From a virus: DNA of 64,000 nucleotides. The translations under genes and the position numbers were made by a program. The DNA is taken from IMG/VR virus record IMGVR_UViG_3300043419_002586; one strand, written 5' to 3'. Position 1 is the first letter of the stretch. Each line of letters begins with the position of its first letter. The notes under the pieces are model-generated. The model had not been told where the DNA came from. It ran no database searches and saw only the letters and a program-made list of their open reading frames with translations. Positions 9,001-19,916 of this stretch are shown here, piece after piece.

Positions 9001-11588
9001 AAAGATGTTGATGTTTGTGAAAATGGAAGAGACCAATACTTACCTGTAGCATCTTCATAATATTTTGCTGTGTGAGTGATAAATGCCTGATAATCATTCC
9101 ACCAGATAAGATTATTTTTGTATGCGCCATCTTTAATCCAATAAATTCCCTTTACTGGCTCGTTAAATATTTGAGATAATTGGCTAAAATCACCAAAGTA
9201 TAAACCTTTCGTACTAGTGCCAATTGCTCCAACATACAGTGCTCTTTGAATTGTAATGTCATCAGTCTCACCAGAAACAAATATAGTTTTCTGTGTTGAT
9301 ATTTCTTCAATTCCAGAAAGATTATAAATATTTGTAATTGCTGTACCTGAAGAATTGTAGAAAGAGGAAATTTCATTCCAATTCCAGTTTTGATATGCTG
9401 TATTGTCAGGAATTATAGCATAGTAAACTTTTTCAGATGATAAACCATATTGATAAGTCTGATATGTTCCATCAGCTAATTTATCAGAAGAAATCTTAAA
9501 GCCAACTAATGTTTTTGCAATTCCACTAGTGTCTGTTGGTAATTTCAAATTTTCCCAAACATTACTTGTATTGTTATAATAAACTTTACCTAAAGAAGTG
9601 AAAGCATAAACATTCTTAAAGTAGTTTTCATTTGTTGGATAAATTATGTTATCTTGAAGCGATAAAATTTTTCCATAATCATTTTGCCAGTTAGTTGTTT
9701 GCGCTGTGTTACTACCTAAATTGAAGCTAAACAATCCTCTAGAAGATGATGTGTAAATCAAATTCAAACTAGTAATAATGTTTGCACTCTTATAGAAGTA
9801 GCTAATGTCATCGTTGTATTGAATGTAAGAATTTGTATTTTGAGGATACAGATATGACTTTCCAATTCCAGTGGTTAAAAATTTGTCTGGAGTAAAAGTC
9901 AAAGGTTGCTTATATCTATTCTCGCTGTAATGATTGATCTTTAAATTATTTATTGAAACCTTGCCTGTAGATATGCTATTGGCAGATAAATTCTTTATGT
10001 AATCATTTGTAAGATTGTTTATAATTTCAGTCTTACGTGTTTTAATTACAACAGATAAATCAAGGAAAGTATATTGATCATAATTAGGTATAGAACTTTT
10101 CAGTAATATACAGCCAGAATAAGGATTAACTGTATAGTGAACTGGATCTATCAATGTTTCTGCCAAATAAACTTCAGCAGTATCATATTGAAAATTTGTC
10201 CAAGAGAATAAGGTGTAAAGGTCAGTGGTTAGACCAGAAGCATTTGTGTATTGATAAATTGTTCCATCACTTAATTTGATATATGTGTTGAATGTAAGGG
10301 CTGTAGATAATAATTCTTGGCTACTATTTACTGCTATTAAATTTTTATCAACAGCATATGGTAAATACACCTCAAGCTTGGATGTTGATTTGATGCTTTG
10401 GTTTAGATAAATCTTATATGGGCTACTTGATTCACTTATTGTGTATTCTGAACTGGAAAGAAGAATGCCATCAAGTTTAACAATAGGTGTACCGTATGAA
10501 GAAATGGTGTCATTAAATAAGGTTCCATCAGAATTCTTCAATACAAAAATTGAAGAATTTTCATAGCTTGAAACTCCATCATTAGAAGAAGCTATCAAAA
10601 CTAAATAATTTTTAAGATCTATCTTTGCTGCAGTGTTTATTTCACCCAGATGCTTATGCTTCAAATAAGATAATTGAAGTTGTCTCTGAAATTCTCCAGC
10701 AGTTTCATTTATTTGATTTCTTCTTTCTTCGTATATAATTTCTGAAACAGTATTGAAATCAGTGTATGTAGTGTCTGCTTTGTAAATTACTGTGGCTAGA
10801 TATACAGCATTTGAATAAGTGTTATATTTTGCATCTGGAATTGATGGAAAAGATATATTGCAAATTTCATCTGATAAGGTTGATATTCCAGATTCAGCCC
10901 AAGCATAAAAAGTATTTGCTATAGTTTGTCTAAAATAACGGGGTTTTTCAGTTTTGGCAGCATATTTATCAATAATTCCATCACCTGTACTAACTTTTAT
11001 GCATTGTTTGAAAGCATCTTGGAAATAGAGGTTTGATGAGCCTAAAGTAAAGTTTGTTGATGAAACTGCGCCAAGCCAAAGTGTTTTTTCGTTAGTTGAT
11101 CCAGAACTTACAAAAACAACAAAATTATCAGAATAATCAGATGTTGTATTGAGACTTGAATGTCTTGTCCAGGTTGAAGATGAAACAGTGTAAACGCCAT
11201 TTTGTGTAGCTGTAGATTGATCTTTTACTAATACAATATCGCCAGCAACAACAGAAACTCCATCAATAGTTTGTGCGCCAGAAAGAGTGATATTTATTGT
11301 GGTAGCTGCTAAACAAGATACAGTGAAATCCAGATTTAATAGTGATAACTTTTGTCCATATTCACTTGTAGCGCTTGTATTATATCCATCTAGAAGTAAT
11401 ATTTGATCAGCTCTATTTTCTGATAATTTAGATACATCCCAGCCATTTATAACTCCAGGACCTAAAAAAGAGTATATGCCTGAAAAATTAGATTCAGCTG
11501 TAAGCATATTTTCATAGTCATAACCTGGATACCAAATATCGCCAAATTGTGAAAATAAAAACTTGTAAATTGATGTACGATTAGCCAT
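3006..11588 (-). CDS. Giant (2860 aa) multidomain virion fibre/adhesin-like protein: two TIDGV tail-fibre motifs, beta-propeller/Asp-box repeats, vWA domain, C-terminal Ig-like repeats
   Basis: ATTxxIxLxGxQTIDGVxVxAGxIVLVKxQ...NGxYxVS..WTR twice; YRSFDEGNTF and WYTLDDGDCW Asp-boxes; FDNSASM MIDAS motif; several YT(V/I)xxxxGxIxF repeats. Confidence 0.75.
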   Translation of the reverse strand: MANRTSIYKFLFSQFGDIWYPGYDYENMLTAESNFSGIYSFLGPGVINGWDVSKLSENRADQILLLDGYNTSATSEYGQKLSLLNLDFTVSCLAATTINITLSGAQTIDGVSVVAGDIVLVKDQSTATQNGVYTVSSSTWTRHSSLNTTSDYSDNFVVFVSSGSTNEKTLWLGAVSSTNFTLGSSNLYFQDAFKQCIKVSTGDGIIDKYAAKTEKPRYFRQTIANTFYAWAESGISTLSDEICNISFPSIPDAKYNTYSNAVYLATVIYKADTTYTDFNTVSEIIYEERRNQINETAGEFQRQLQLSYLKHKHLGEINTAAKIDLKNYLVLIASSNDGVSSYENSSIFVLKNSDGTLFNDTISSYGTPIVKLDGILLSSSEYTISESSSPYKIYLNQSIKSTSKLEVYLPYAVDKNLIAVNSSQELLSTALTFNTYIKLSDGTIYQYTNASGLTTDLYTLFSWTNFQYDTAEVYLAETLIDPVHYTVNPYSGCILLKSSIPNYDQYTFLDLSVVIKTRKTEIINNLTNDYIKNLSANSISTGKVSINNLKINHYSENRYKQPLTFTPDKFLTTGIGKSYLYPQNTNSYIQYNDDISYFYKSANIITSLNLIYTSSSRGLFSFNLGSNTAQTTNWQNDYGKILSLQDNIIYPTNENYFKNVYAFTSLGKVYYNNTSNVWENLKLPTDTSGIAKTLVGFKISSDKLADGTYQTYQYGLSSEKVYYAIIPDNTAYQNWNWNEISSFYNSSGTAITNIYNLSGIEEISTQKTIFVSGETDDITIQRALYVGAIGTSTKGLYFGDFSQLSQIFNEPVKGIYWIKDGAYKNNLIWWNDYQAFITHTAKYYEDATGKYWSLPFSQTSTSFSNALCATTEDIALTGTQTIDGVAVIAGNIVLVKNQTNKAENGIYIVSAGSWTRSTELDVNAEFINWKTVYVSNGIVNNDSTWYLVIEDAFDFGTSDVLWEIQRLKIYQNSTPSGAGSSSVINCVVQRNSTTFPTDYFIGHSNGIARVQESSLGTSVAYSELFWEPVFQGSTNALYSYDDGSNFGKLYAGTTNGIFVSTELLWQDVNVSSTVSLNYRWKRPNDTFSENETEFSVFDKNYNQVSNFTLNYPYQLVAMGSTYVSGDQLYYEKSFNTFTTDPWTDTQTDSTRIFTYINNEPSTIPFYSSPSEGKITFTQSVLKNDVDNVKISIVNDFPTISDAGTKPHSSTYVPLFKTKTPIALLAKANSNTDTKIYINQRISNYSLIQLKAGNKYEIAVVKSIDNTVFPIEITLSVARLTSTTTYDVGAEVYGIKNEIVSGLEDDLYLAISNQTYNLASENNSNIQELARKIKSLNSTIFDFTAPTISQTDTRGLKNTLLVDNFSSNAKFDSLNSSFKNRTELVPTVNDFESDPIQVKGIVNLTKDGTGTRIITEKGVWKYTKYWELESTLDGAFDANYIALDPNLNVIAGASNGLWKYDSSWIKQTSSARQNAYLTGFWNGTLFEAFATSDGLSVKLGTTNFLSDFLKLTTNNVNGIFKGTYIKNSLGNVQEFESLHAAGDDGYFVMGNDTQYSSFSSFLVPRKMFISGNPEGVSKYYKSFQAYSVPSSTNTTTYANSLFILTNDGILKVRNWKYSYPDDVNSSDFIVDSRYLRGLHCFSYAIDTEAAVGNTPGRSKIYIGTNNGVYRSFDEGNTFERSDYIGTLPTCVYDLQVFSSTFNSITQNVLVACTNNGIWYTLDDGDCWYRTGENTSEGYSPVLFSSKPSNDIRFIASDSGSVGYLAQTFTTSSTASTISKVSAFLSIREQDGLSNSSYNDSLANTTLTAYVYSVDANVKPQTQLAASSPITSSSVNVGGFTSFNLISALDIPGTGSTTLALVIKETASSVPLFKWKKASTNNPFSGLGYSSSNAISWTGISTSYDFFFRAHYDNSYAPIETIVPIGNYDNTEVNWDSGVSKGVISSDDGYLYLKPKFVISNVFDNSASMKMSSGFVNGYNSLLTNIFARTNQQYYAQFSFADLWTFGTSIKHETGNGFTNSGTAITSIINSLKLDGENSNLYDCLEYALIGQQPAAISGIADTSLISTYKDYLSDENLIRLDLLKERYKNESNKQLNLVPKIGSSIGSTLTFSTDGTNTFTWNTTDYPYAEVIKNGAVLGSGYTVIPSTGKVSFTTSIGNTDQVEVYLRQDWNGLADSIPNNPTVSKYMMERLASSYIPLTFIVSDADNNTSVSIKSIEDNINYSWGNQGTKLVVFGVDDKTNTGNIRQLVQNTDGLYFDASSSYWSGITTALLHGGSNTIFAGSWNKSVEFETSKFIKSITTAYTVSTGQSVDSSCVVKYKYSTDKKNYSDWITLTATSIVNKEITNLDFQINMTEGWNNSTSLPISPYVSQLYYTEVSPAVNYLFTTALTSTDDIFEYILSTDYSDTDKAKLTWGICKGNSTNWNDYEELIKNKNGIISSRQRSYKYTNALFYDKLTCVKSVNNNFTYFVYNDNTRFTWLLSDNVEVYLNSSLVATNLYTIDNVNGTITFRQEVPLGNIVQVSISRTGSRYEAYGEGTVSTDYKNYYAVNGRWPEDSKIVVLVNNEIVRGGYKLDRYDGKIIFDTNKSATDIITLFILQSSTYRLGLKVETYSSTASTTYNFEFTHNTVSNSNVYSHYLNTNIPSLKAESLVINSDVSYASVGSTKQISSSSRMYVDYSYISDNQQYKPRTRWYRTRTSGGGTTTEELDSTPNYRDKLVQRKADLNAANGYFNINDQVYVTLEPNDNFDYGITYTSQPIIVKSLSAPYVYDVQIKSTNTIVDSKISANSVLQAYYNFNGSSDLSTIEWFEWTNGVSNKIAEGSLLNSAVVLRNMAISFIVKPYDGTTYGTPIESQILHIV

Positions 11589-11594
11589 TACTAC

Positions 11595-14500
11595 CTACGG
11601 AGTTGGATTAAATTTAATGCTAGCATCTCCTATATCAAGTTGTACGGCAAAATCATACACCATAGAAGGAGTTGATCCTACGCTTGTAAGGAAAATTCCG
11701 AATCTGATTTTGCTTGATGCTTCTGGTAATTCAAAGGTTTGGTTTGGATCGATTACTGTAAAGTTTGCAAAATTGAATGTTTCATTAGTGTCATCAGATG
11801 TTGTATATCCGTACACGATGCTACCATTGTTTTTTAATTCGTTAGAAGAGAGTAAACCTCTTTTGATCATTGGAGCATCAGTGTCGTAATTAGCAGTATC
11901 AAACATTCTAGTAAAGAAATAACTTCCTGATGATGATGTGTAGGAAAGGGTCAAAGACAATAATTCTGGAGTGATATTGGGTGTTGCTGTGATGAGCTCA
12001 ACCTTGTATTGCAACCATTTTCCAGAATATGCTGAAAGATCTACAGCTAAAGATTGTGCAGTTGTTGGAGCTAAGCTATCATTGATGCTTGACAATGATT
12101 GAGCATCACCGTAAGAAGCTGCAATACATTCTGCTCTTGTATTTCCAGTCTTTACATAAATCTTTACCTGAGTTCCATTGTCTAAAGTTGTATCTGGAGT
12201 TGATGGGTATTTGTTTAAAATTAAGGCAACAATCTGTGTCCAAGTAATAAGTGTTGGTACATATATTGGCTGAACTTCATAAATACCATACTCTCTGATT
12301 TTGCGGTCAGGAGCGTAAACTGGGTAAGCTCTTGAAGGGGGAACATAAATCCCCTTCCTAGATAGCGAGTTGTCAGCATTCTTTTGAATTTGATAGATAA
12401 CGCCTGAATTATTAGTTGTAGATAAATTCTGGTTATTAGTATTAGTATTTGTCGTTGTTGTCGATCCAGTGCCAGCATTTACCTGTCCTTGTGTTGGATT
12501 GTTGGTTTGATTATTCTGAGTATTTCCGGTGACAGGATTTATTGTTGTATTTGAATTAGAAACAACAGTAGTATTTGAATACTGAATGAATGAACTTGTG
12601 TTATTTGCAGTATTAGCTACTTGAATCATTCTGTCACTAATAACTGGAAAACCACTAGTATGAGCTGGCAGGGATACACCTTGAATATTTCCAGCTTGAT
12701 CTTTAAATCTAGCATAAATGTATCTACTATTATTTTCATAAGGGGTGGTAGTAAATTCATAAACACTACCATCCATACCAGCACCATAGAATGTGTTGCC
12801 GATGGATGTCACTGATTTGATTTTGCTTGAACCGTAGAATTGTGAAGAAGGTACTGCCTCAAAAGATTCTCCAGTGTTCTTCTGCCATAAGAATTTAAAA
12901 GTAGTACCAGAGCCTACATTGTTTGTTGTCTGGAGCTTGATTTTTAAAATATCTCCTTCAAGAACATTGAATGCATTTGCTGAGTAAAGAGTTGAAAGTG
13001 TAGTGGATTGGTTATAATTTCCTATTTGCAAAGTATCGTTAACAAATAAATTATATCCAACACTGCTATCAATTCTAAATGATAAAGCACCGTCTTTTGA
13101 GGCTAAAATTGCACCTTCAAAAGTTACAGAACTATTTGTAAATCCAGTAGGTGGAATGAATGAACTACCAATAGCTCCAGTATAGTTTATTGCTGATGTT
13201 TGACCTCTGTAAGCAATAAAATTATAGCTTTCAAGATCTCCGAGATCTGTCCAAGTAATTCCAGAACCAGTGTAAGATCTCCAGGTTGAGTTTAATAAAT
13301 TTGTGTCATATGAATAAGAAACAATTTTCTTAAAACCATTTATTGACTTAAAATATCCATAAGTTCCATTGTCAGCGCTAACATAAATATAATTAGCATT
13401 TGGATCATCGTATATGCTGAAAATATGATCAGCATATGTATCATAAAGTTTAGCCCAAGAATTAGCTGTTGCATTTGTAAAAGATAACTCCCAGATTTGT
13501 CCGCCTCTAAATCCAGCTAAAACCGAATTTCTAGTAGATGATTTAGTTAAACACTCAACATTATCAAAATTTGATGATAATGTTTGCACCCATTCAGCAT
13601 TGTAGTATTTATAAATTGCTGATGCTCCACTACCGTAAGCTCCTCCAACACCAACATATAAAGTAAATTCTTTTGCCGTAAGAGCAGAAACTTGGTCATA
13701 AGATGTGAAAGTTTTTAGTTCTGTAATAGCTTTTCCATTATATTGATAAACAGAACAAGAACTAGAAGCTCCTTTTGTGGAGCCTAAAAAAAGATTATTG
13801 CCCAAGGAAGTCATAGAAATGATGGGCTTTAATAGTTTATAATTTGTGGTAGACAGTGGATCTTTTGCATTTAATATGCTCCAGAATTCACCATTGAAAG
13901 AAGTGAAGACTAAACCATAATTAGTGCCTGCATAAGCTCTTCCATTAAATACGTGGATACAAGTAATTTGATATTTTTCACCAATAAGAGATTCATTTAA
14001 TATTTCATAAATTTCTCCACTCTTATATACAAACATTTTATGATTGGCTGCTATTAATATCTTGTCATTGAATGAAGCAATAGCAGTGATTTCGGAAGCT
14101 GCATTGCCTGTCTTCTTTGACCATAAATAAGCAGCATTAGTAAGATCAATATTAGTGTATGTTGTTTCACCAGTTGAAAAATCTATAAAACCTTTAGAGT
14201 TAGCATTTGGAAAAGAAGTAGCATCTCTAAAGTCAGCAAATCTTGAAATTTGTGCTGAAACAACATCTGAAAATTGATCATAAGCAGCAAGAGTAATGTC
14301 GCCTCTTTGATCTATAGTAAAGTAATCTCCGTGATATGCAATTCTAGCAGCATAAAGAGAGATGGGAGTTGTGAAAGTGAAATTTAAATAATCAGTGGTT
14401 TCAGAATCTGCAATATTTTCAACAATATCTTCCCACTCTGAATTTTTAGTTTTCTTAACTTGTAATTTATATGTTTTTGTATTTTTTGCAGTGGCTCCAA

Positions 14501-15443
14501 CAATTAAATTAGTAACTGTTGGGTATATATTGTTTAATGAATTTAAGGCATCTTCATACACAGGATTAAACTTTTTGTATATGTAATTTGCCTGATCATT
14601 TCCAATAACTTCAAATTTAGAAAGATCAGAACTTCCACCATACACAGATACTTCTTTCAATGGTACTTCATATATATCAAGTAAATAATCTTTTGATGAT
14701 AATTCTGCAGATGCTGTATTGAATGCTGTAATTTTATAATAAGGTGAAGTATTTGCTATCCTTATCCAGGTTAAATTGTCAGAATCGTAATAAGCAAACT
14801 CTGAATCATTGTTTGTGAAATTTGCAATATCTACAGTGGCAGAACCAACAGTTGCCATTGGTAAATTATCTAATGAAATATAGATCCAATAAGTTGTGTC
14901 TATAGATAATGTCAAACCTGTATTAGAGAATGAATAGGAATCAAATGAAGTGGTTAGATCATTTATTTGGATACTTGAAAATGACCCTAAAAGTGTTGAA
15001 GGTGCATCATTTGTAGCATCGTGGGTATAAATTGAAACATTTATTCTGTCGCCAAGATTTACGATGCTTCCAGTTTTTTTAAGCTTGAGAAATATTGTTG
15101 ATATATTTTGATCTTTATCAGAAACAATTTTAAAAGCATTTATGGTTCGTGAAAATGAATAAGATGAAGTGTTATCAGTGTATTCTGTAGTTGTTGAAGA
15201 ATATCCAGTGCCTGAAAAATAATGTACTTTGATACCTGGATCAACATCATCTGCCTTTCTATTTAATATCAAAATACCTTTAGGAGGAACAGTATCATAA
15301 ATAACACTAGCGTTAGGATAAAATTCAGATTTTACAAAAATATCTGTAGTTTCATCATCAATTTCAAATCCTATTGAAGTGCCATTATTTAATGCTTCAT
15401 TCCAATATTTAGGATCGAAAAACCCGTAGTTATCATACGCCAT
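11595..15443 (-). CDS. Large virion structural protein with beta-propeller and PA14-like domain
   Basis: Blade repeats ([56 protein letters not shown]); PA14-like SVTFEGAI...[14 protein letters not shown]...IKLQ...FLWQ...VPSSQFY; T/N-rich linker. Confidence 0.7.
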   Translation of the reverse strand: MAYDNYGFFDPKYWNEALNNGTSIGFEIDDETTDIFVKSEFYPNASVIYDTVPPKGILILNRKADDVDPGIKVHYFSGTGYSSTTTEYTDNTSSYSFSRTINAFKIVSDKDQNISTIFLKLKKTGSIVNLGDRINVSIYTHDATNDAPSTLLGSFSSIQINDLTTSFDSYSFSNTGLTLSIDTTYWIYISLDNLPMATVGSATVDIANFTNNDSEFAYYDSDNLTWIRIANTSPYYKITAFNTASAELSSKDYLLDIYEVPLKEVSVYGGSSDLSKFEVIGNDQANYIYKKFNPVYEDALNSLNNIYPTVTNLIVGATAKNTKTYKLQVKKTKNSEWEDIVENIADSETTDYLNFTFTTPISLYAARIAYHGDYFTIDQRGDITLAAYDQFSDVVSAQISRFADFRDATSFPNANSKGFIDFSTGETTYTNIDLTNAAYLWSKKTGNAASEITAIASFNDKILIAANHKMFVYKSGEIYEILNESLIGEKYQITCIHVFNGRAYAGTNYGLVFTSFNGEFWSILNAKDPLSTTNYKLLKPIISMTSLGNNLFLGSTKGASSSCSVYQYNGKAITELKTFTSYDQVSALTAKEFTLYVGVGGAYGSGASAIYKYYNAEWVQTLSSNFDNVECLTKSSTRNSVLAGFRGGQIWELSFTNATANSWAKLYDTYADHIFSIYDDPNANYIYVSADNGTYGYFKSINGFKKIVSYSYDTNLLNSTWRSYTGSGITWTDLGDLESYNFIAYRGQTSAINYTGAIGSSFIPPTGFTNSSVTFEGAILASKDGALSFRIDSSVGYNLFVNDTLQIGNYNQSTTLSTLYSANAFNVLEGDILKIKLQTTNNVGSGTTFKFLWQKNTGESFEAVPSSQFYGSSKIKSVTSIGNTFYGAGMDGSVYEFTTTPYENNSRYIYARFKDQAGNIQGVSLPAHTSGFPVISDRMIQVANTANNTSSFIQYSNTTVVSNSNTTINPVTGNTQNNQTNNPTQGQVNAGTGSTTTTNTNTNNQNLSTTNNSGVIYQIQKNADNSLSRKGIYVPPSRAYPVYAPDRKIREYGIYEVQPIYVPTLITWTQIVALILNKYPSTPDTTLDNGTQVKIYVKTGNTRAECIAASYGDAQSLSSINDSLAPTTAQSLAVDLSAYSGKWLQYKVELITATPNITPELLSLTLSYTSSSGSYFFTRMFDTANYDTDAPMIKRGLLSSNELKNNGSIVYGYTTSDDTNETFNFANFTVIDPNQTFELPEASSKIRFGIFLTSVGSTPSMVYDFAVQLDIGDASIKFNPTP

Positions 15444-16950
15444 AATTTGATATCAAGAGCGGTTCAAAATTTGCAACATAATTATTAGAACTATCTTTTA
15501 ATGCTGCAGTTCCGCCATTCCCACTGTAACCAACTTTCACGACACTATTATAATTTATTTTATTGTAAAGCGTTAATTTGACATCTGTTGAAAAAGTAAT
15601 TCCCAAACCTGTTGCTATTTTGATCGGAGTAAATTGCCCATCTATTGAAACATTGAAAGTTTGAATTCCTGTAGATGGCAACATTGGTCTAGAATTATTT
15701 TCTGTAAACTTAAGGTAAATGTCTTGCCCGTTTTTATCTATGTAACTATTTGTTATGTCCAAAGTTGGAGCAGTTGTATCTGTCAAACTATTTGTAGCTC
15801 TAATAGGCGTAGATAAACTTGCAACTTTATTAGCGTTAGAGGTTCTGTCAGTTATAAAATTGGATGCTGGTTGCGTGTAATTTATCGTAATAATGTCTTC
15901 AGGGCCAAAATAAGAAGACATTGTGATCAAGTATACTGTAGTTGCTACACCACTGAAAACTAAAGCTGATGCACCAATACTTGAAATTGTTTTAGCTACA
16001 TTTGTGTATGAAACTCCAAATCCTGATGGAGACGCTGGAGTTGTAGTTGTAGACATTCTAACATAAACAATATTTCCAGAAACACCAGTGCCAGTGTATG
16101 CTTGAGTAATCCTTGGTAAAAAAGTAGTGCTTGTAAGATTTGTTACAGCATTACCAGCAAATGAAACTGCATAAGTAAGACCAGTTCCAGTGCTATCCTT
16201 TATTTTATAAAAATCAGAAACTGGTTGATTATATGTTAATGTAATTGGGTTTGTTCCGTCATTTACACCTAATCTCGAATTAAGATCTAATACAATAACT
16301 TTTCCATTTGTAGGGCTTGATGGGTCTAAAACATATGCATTAGAAATTGCAATACCAGAATTATTTTGACTTACAGCAAAGCCACTTATATTTGTAGATG
16401 GTAAAAGGGGTGGAGTGGCCTCAGTGTAATAAACGTAAACTTTAGTTCCGTCTGTGCTTGTAGTTGAATAATTATAAACAGGAGGATTGGCTTCTTTTGT
16501 AAGATTTGTAATTCCAACGCCTGTAAATGATGCTACGAATGATTTTTGAGTATCATTATCTGATAATTTTGGAATTGTACTGCCAAATCCAGTAGAGTTG
16601 TATGAAACAAATACTGTTTGAGCAGTTATGGCTACCCCACTTCCATTATACGAAAAATCAACAATCCTATCAGAGTCTGCCAAAATCAATTGTAATGTTT
16701 TTGGAGAACTGGCATCAACAAATGTAGATGCAGGTGTAACTGTAGTTGCAATTGCTCCAAATTTTTTAGTGACGGAAAATCTTAGCTGTAATCCTGTAGC
16801 AGGCTCAAGCCCAGTGCTATCTATGTCTTCAAAGTTTAAGTAAATTCTTTTACCATCAAATGAGGTGTATGATAAATTTGTTAAACTTGTAGAGATTCCA
16901 GGACTAGCACCACTGAAAGCTATGAATGTGTTTCTTAAATCTTCGCTCAT
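15433..16950 (-). CDS. Protein of about four SwmB-like (SWM) repeats
   Basis: Four approx. 120-aa units with pattern P....(D/N)GxxIYLxFxE...LxP....FxV...VxLxL...VxVxY...LxD..N.VAxF...ITN. Confidence 0.7.
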   Translation of the reverse strand: MSEDLRNTFIAFSGASPGISTSLTNLSYTSFDGKRIYLNFEDIDSTGLEPATGLQLRFSVTKKFGAIATTVTPASTFVDASSPKTLQLILADSDRIVDFSYNGSGVAITAQTVFVSYNSTGFGSTIPKLSDNDTQKSFVASFTGVGITNLTKEANPPVYNYSTTSTDGTKVYVYYTEATPPLLPSTNISGFAVSQNNSGIAISNAYVLDPSSPTNGKVIVLDLNSRLGVNDGTNPITLTYNQPVSDFYKIKDSTGTGLTYAVSFAGNAVTNLTSTTFLPRITQAYTGTGVSGNIVYVRMSTTTTPASPSGFGVSYTNVAKTISSIGASALVFSGVATTVYLITMSSYFGPEDIITINYTQPASNFITDRTSNANKVASLSTPIRATNSLTDTTAPTLDITNSYIDKNGQDIYLKFTENNSRPMLPSTGIQTFNVSIDGQFTPIKIATGLGITFSTDVKLTLYNKINYNSVVKVGYSGNGGTAALKDSSNNYVANFEPLLISNYGV

Positions 16951-19916
16951 TATGGTTTGATATTTCCATAGTGTCCACTCAAAAACAATTTGCCTTTATA
17001 ACTTATTGCTGTTAAAGGCCGAATGACACCGTATAAAGTATAATTCCCAGCATTATCAAATATTTTTTTTCTTTCAAAAGTAATATCTTCTAAAAACCAA
17101 CTTTCTGCATTAGAGTTATAATAAAAAATCTTACTTTGTCTATCATTTGGATTTTCAGAAATTTTGTCGCTTATAAACCCATCAGTAGCACAATATAGTG
17201 TTCCATCGTGGTAAGTGAATAACCTAACTCCACCTGTTGAAGGAAGAACAACAGATTGATTAAAATCAATCGTTTTAACATTTGTAGGTTCATAAGTTTC
17301 ACCAATAATAAAAGAAACATCCATATAGCCTACTAAAGAATCTCCTGCATTATTATCAATTTTTCCAAACTGAATGAATGGATGATCATAATCATTGGTA
17401 TTAGCGTTAGCATCTAAATATTTTGAACTATACGTGTCCAAAGAAATGAAGTTTTTCTTCTCTATAAATGGATTTTTTTGTTGACCAAGATAAATCTTTA
17501 TATCTCTATCTTCTACAATCCATCTTATTTTTGAAAGTTTATTATTTATATCAAAAACATCTTCATTTGATTGTATTTGTATCAAATCAATAACAATCTC
17601 ATTAGGTCTATCATTATTTTCTGGAAGATCTGCAAATTCAATTTGTAGTTTGCCAATAGTTCCTTTCCAAATTGGTGAAATTTTATATTGTATGTATTCA
17701 TCCGAGGTGTGCATAGCTGTATCTGCACTTATATTGAAAATTCCACCTTCATAAGCCCAATAAGCTTTTATTTTGCCAAGACATAATGTTTTTGATTTTG
17801 GTTTTGCTTTTACTCTAATTGAAATTACAGAATTAAGATCTACTTCTAAATTTAAGTTATCAATTACAATACTAGGATTTCCAGTTAAAGCAGGTGTGAT
17901 TTTTAAAACATATTTTTCATAAGGATCATTAAAAATATCATAGTTTAATTCTGTGGTTGCTGATAAATTCGAAATAAATTTACCAATAACCCAAGATTGT
18001 TCATCAGAAGAAACAACACCATTATTAATTGAATAAAATTGCCAATCAGCTATTAATCCTGTAGTTATAATATCTTTTTCAATAGAATTCATACCACTTG
18101 ATAATTTCATTTTTGTTGAATTAAATTCTATTGAATATTGTCCATACAGATCTGCTATTTTAAATCCTTGATATCCATCAAGTGAATTCGTTGGTATTTG
18201 CTCTGAACTATTCAATGTAGTTTCATTGCGTAAATCTAAAGATGTTGCAGCTTGACTAGTATTTAAATTTATAACTTTAGTTTCTAAAGTGTAGCTAGGT
18301 TTATAAACTACAAAATTTCCTGATGTTAAATAGTCAGAATAATTTAATAGATATCTATTACCTGTATTGATGTATCCAGTTTCAATGTAAAATCCCAAAA
18401 CTGTACTACCAGATACAATATATTGAGTAATATTTACTAATGATGGGGTGTTGTTTATACCATTGTAAACATACACACCATTATAAATTCCATTAATTCC
18501 AGATACAGTTTGATCTTTTAGCAAAAATAAGTCATTTATTACTAAATCGTGTCCATCAATTGATGTAAAATTATTCCAACTGGAGATAGCTTCCCAGGAT
18601 GCACACTTTACATTAATATAATCTTGACTTGGTAAATTTTCACGGAGAAGCTGTTCCCAATCAGATCCTTCAGAAATTTCATATAATCTTGAACCATAAG
18701 AAGTGGCGCCTGTTGAAGAAACTGTATTTCCCTTGATAACTAAAAATTCATTAAATTGTTGATGATTATTTTCTTTTGGAAATCTTGCGATAGCTACATT
18801 ATCATCATTTCTTGAAAGTGTATTACTATCATATGAGTAATATTGAGCTGGAGCTGGGTCATTCATAAAAATTTCATCAAAAATTATTGAAGTCCAACTT
18901 TCATCAGTTTCTGGATTTGATAACGGTATTTCAGTGTAAGACCATATTTCTGGTTTTTTATCAATGCCAGCAAGAACTTGATTTTTTCCTACTGCTAAAC
19001 ATCTAATACCAAAATCTGAAGCTTCGTAATCAGTAATATTATTTGAAATAATTGTTGAAGTTTCTAAAGATTCAGTCTCTGTTTCCTTGACTATCACTTC
19101 TTCTGTAATAAGATTTGTAGGTTCAGAAAGAGAAATAGTAAGTGTTCTTGAATATCTATGTATTTTTTTGTTTAAGCTTCCTAGGAACAATTTATTGTAA
19201 GCAGAAACCATAGAAAGAATGCCACCAGAATTTGCTGCTAATTGACCAAATGGATAAACCTGTTCCCACTGACTGCCATTATATGCAGAACTTAATTTTG
19301 CTCTAAATAATCTTGGCAATTGATCAGAAGCAACATACAAATAAGGTTCAGTTTCGTGCTCAAATTTGTGTGATATCATTGCAGAAGCTGATAAATCTAC
19401 ATTATTTTCTTGAAGAATAAATACTGGTCCACTAATGTATTCACCATTGTAGAACCAAATTTTTCCAGAAACTCCAGAGAGATAAATACCATCGTCAGAA
19501 GCAACCATAGATGTAATTGCTCTTTCTCCTTGATTAGAAAAATCAATTATCTTTTCAAATGAAACAAGATTAGCTGTATGAATTGATGCGTAATATTTTT
19601 CTAAAACTACATTTATAGTTGAAGCAGAAATTGGTGTATCAAAAATTAAGTAATTTTTGTAATCGTCAACACCATAATTTACAGAAGAATTGACTGTAAG
19701 TTCATCTTGAGAATTTACTTTGTAAATTCTACCTAGGTCTTCTGGATTGGTGCCAACAAGCTTAAATGCAGTACCAGCAGTGTATGAGGGATCCAAACTA
19801 TCTACCAAAGATATATTTGTAAATCTTTTCTTTGTAATGCCAGAAAAATATAATATTTTTTCGCTGTCGTTTGGACCTTTCCAAGAACAACTAGCTGTAA
19901 AAATTGTTGACACCAT
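16950..19916 (-). CDS. Virion structural protein: beta-propeller with inserted tail-fibre motif and CBM-like domain
   Basis: Blades [56 protein letters not shown]; SIDG...FLLKDQ...NGVY motif; NPSIVI...ISIRVK...[12 protein letters not shown]...IDLIQI beta-sandwich. Confidence 0.6.
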   Translation of the reverse strand: MVSTIFTASCSWKGPNDSEKILYFSGITKKRFTNISLVDSLDPSYTAGTAFKLVGTNPEDLGRIYKVNSQDELTVNSSVNYGVDDYKNYLIFDTPISASTINVVLEKYYASIHTANLVSFEKIIDFSNQGERAITSMVASDDGIYLSGVSGKIWFYNGEYISGPVFILQENNVDLSASAMISHKFEHETEPYLYVASDQLPRLFRAKLSSAYNGSQWEQVYPFGQLAANSGGILSMVSAYNKLFLGSLNKKIHRYSRTLTISLSEPTNLITEEVIVKETETESLETSTIISNNITDYEASDFGIRCLAVGKNQVLAGIDKKPEIWSYTEIPLSNPETDESWTSIIFDEIFMNDPAPAQYYSYDSNTLSRNDDNVAIARFPKENNHQQFNEFLVIKGNTVSSTGATSYGSRLYEISEGSDWEQLLRENLPSQDYINVKCASWEAISSWNNFTSIDGHDLVINDLFLLKDQTVSGINGIYNGVYVYNGINNTPSLVNITQYIVSGSTVLGFYIETGYINTGNRYLLNYSDYLTSGNFVVYKPSYTLETKVINLNTSQAATSLDLRNETTLNSSEQIPTNSLDGYQGFKIADLYGQYSIEFNSTKMKLSSGMNSIEKDIITTGLIADWQFYSINNGVVSSDEQSWVIGKFISNLSATTELNYDIFNDPYEKYVLKITPALTGNPSIVIDNLNLEVDLNSVISIRVKAKPKSKTLCLGKIKAYWAYEGGIFNISADTAMHTSDEYIQYKISPIWKGTIGKLQIEFADLPENNDRPNEIVIDLIQIQSNEDVFDINNKLSKIRWIVEDRDIKIYLGQQKNPFIEKKNFISLDTYSSKYLDANANTNDYDHPFIQFGKIDNNAGDSLVGYMDVSFIIGETYEPTNVKTIDFNQSVVLPSTGGVRLFTYHDGTLYCATDGFISDKISENPNDRQSKIFYYNSNAESWFLEDITFERKKIFDNAGNYTLYGVIRPLTAISYKGKLFLSGHYGNIKP

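Noticed and set aside
8881-11320. Two similar DNA stretches (TIDGV motif) as possible DGR template/variable repeats
   Set aside because: Differences are not adenine-specific, both copies are in-frame coding, and no reverse transcriptase is visible.
12400-12620. T/N/Q-rich stretch in the 1282-aa gene as a tandem repeat element
   Set aside because: No regular DNA period; best explained as a flexible linker.
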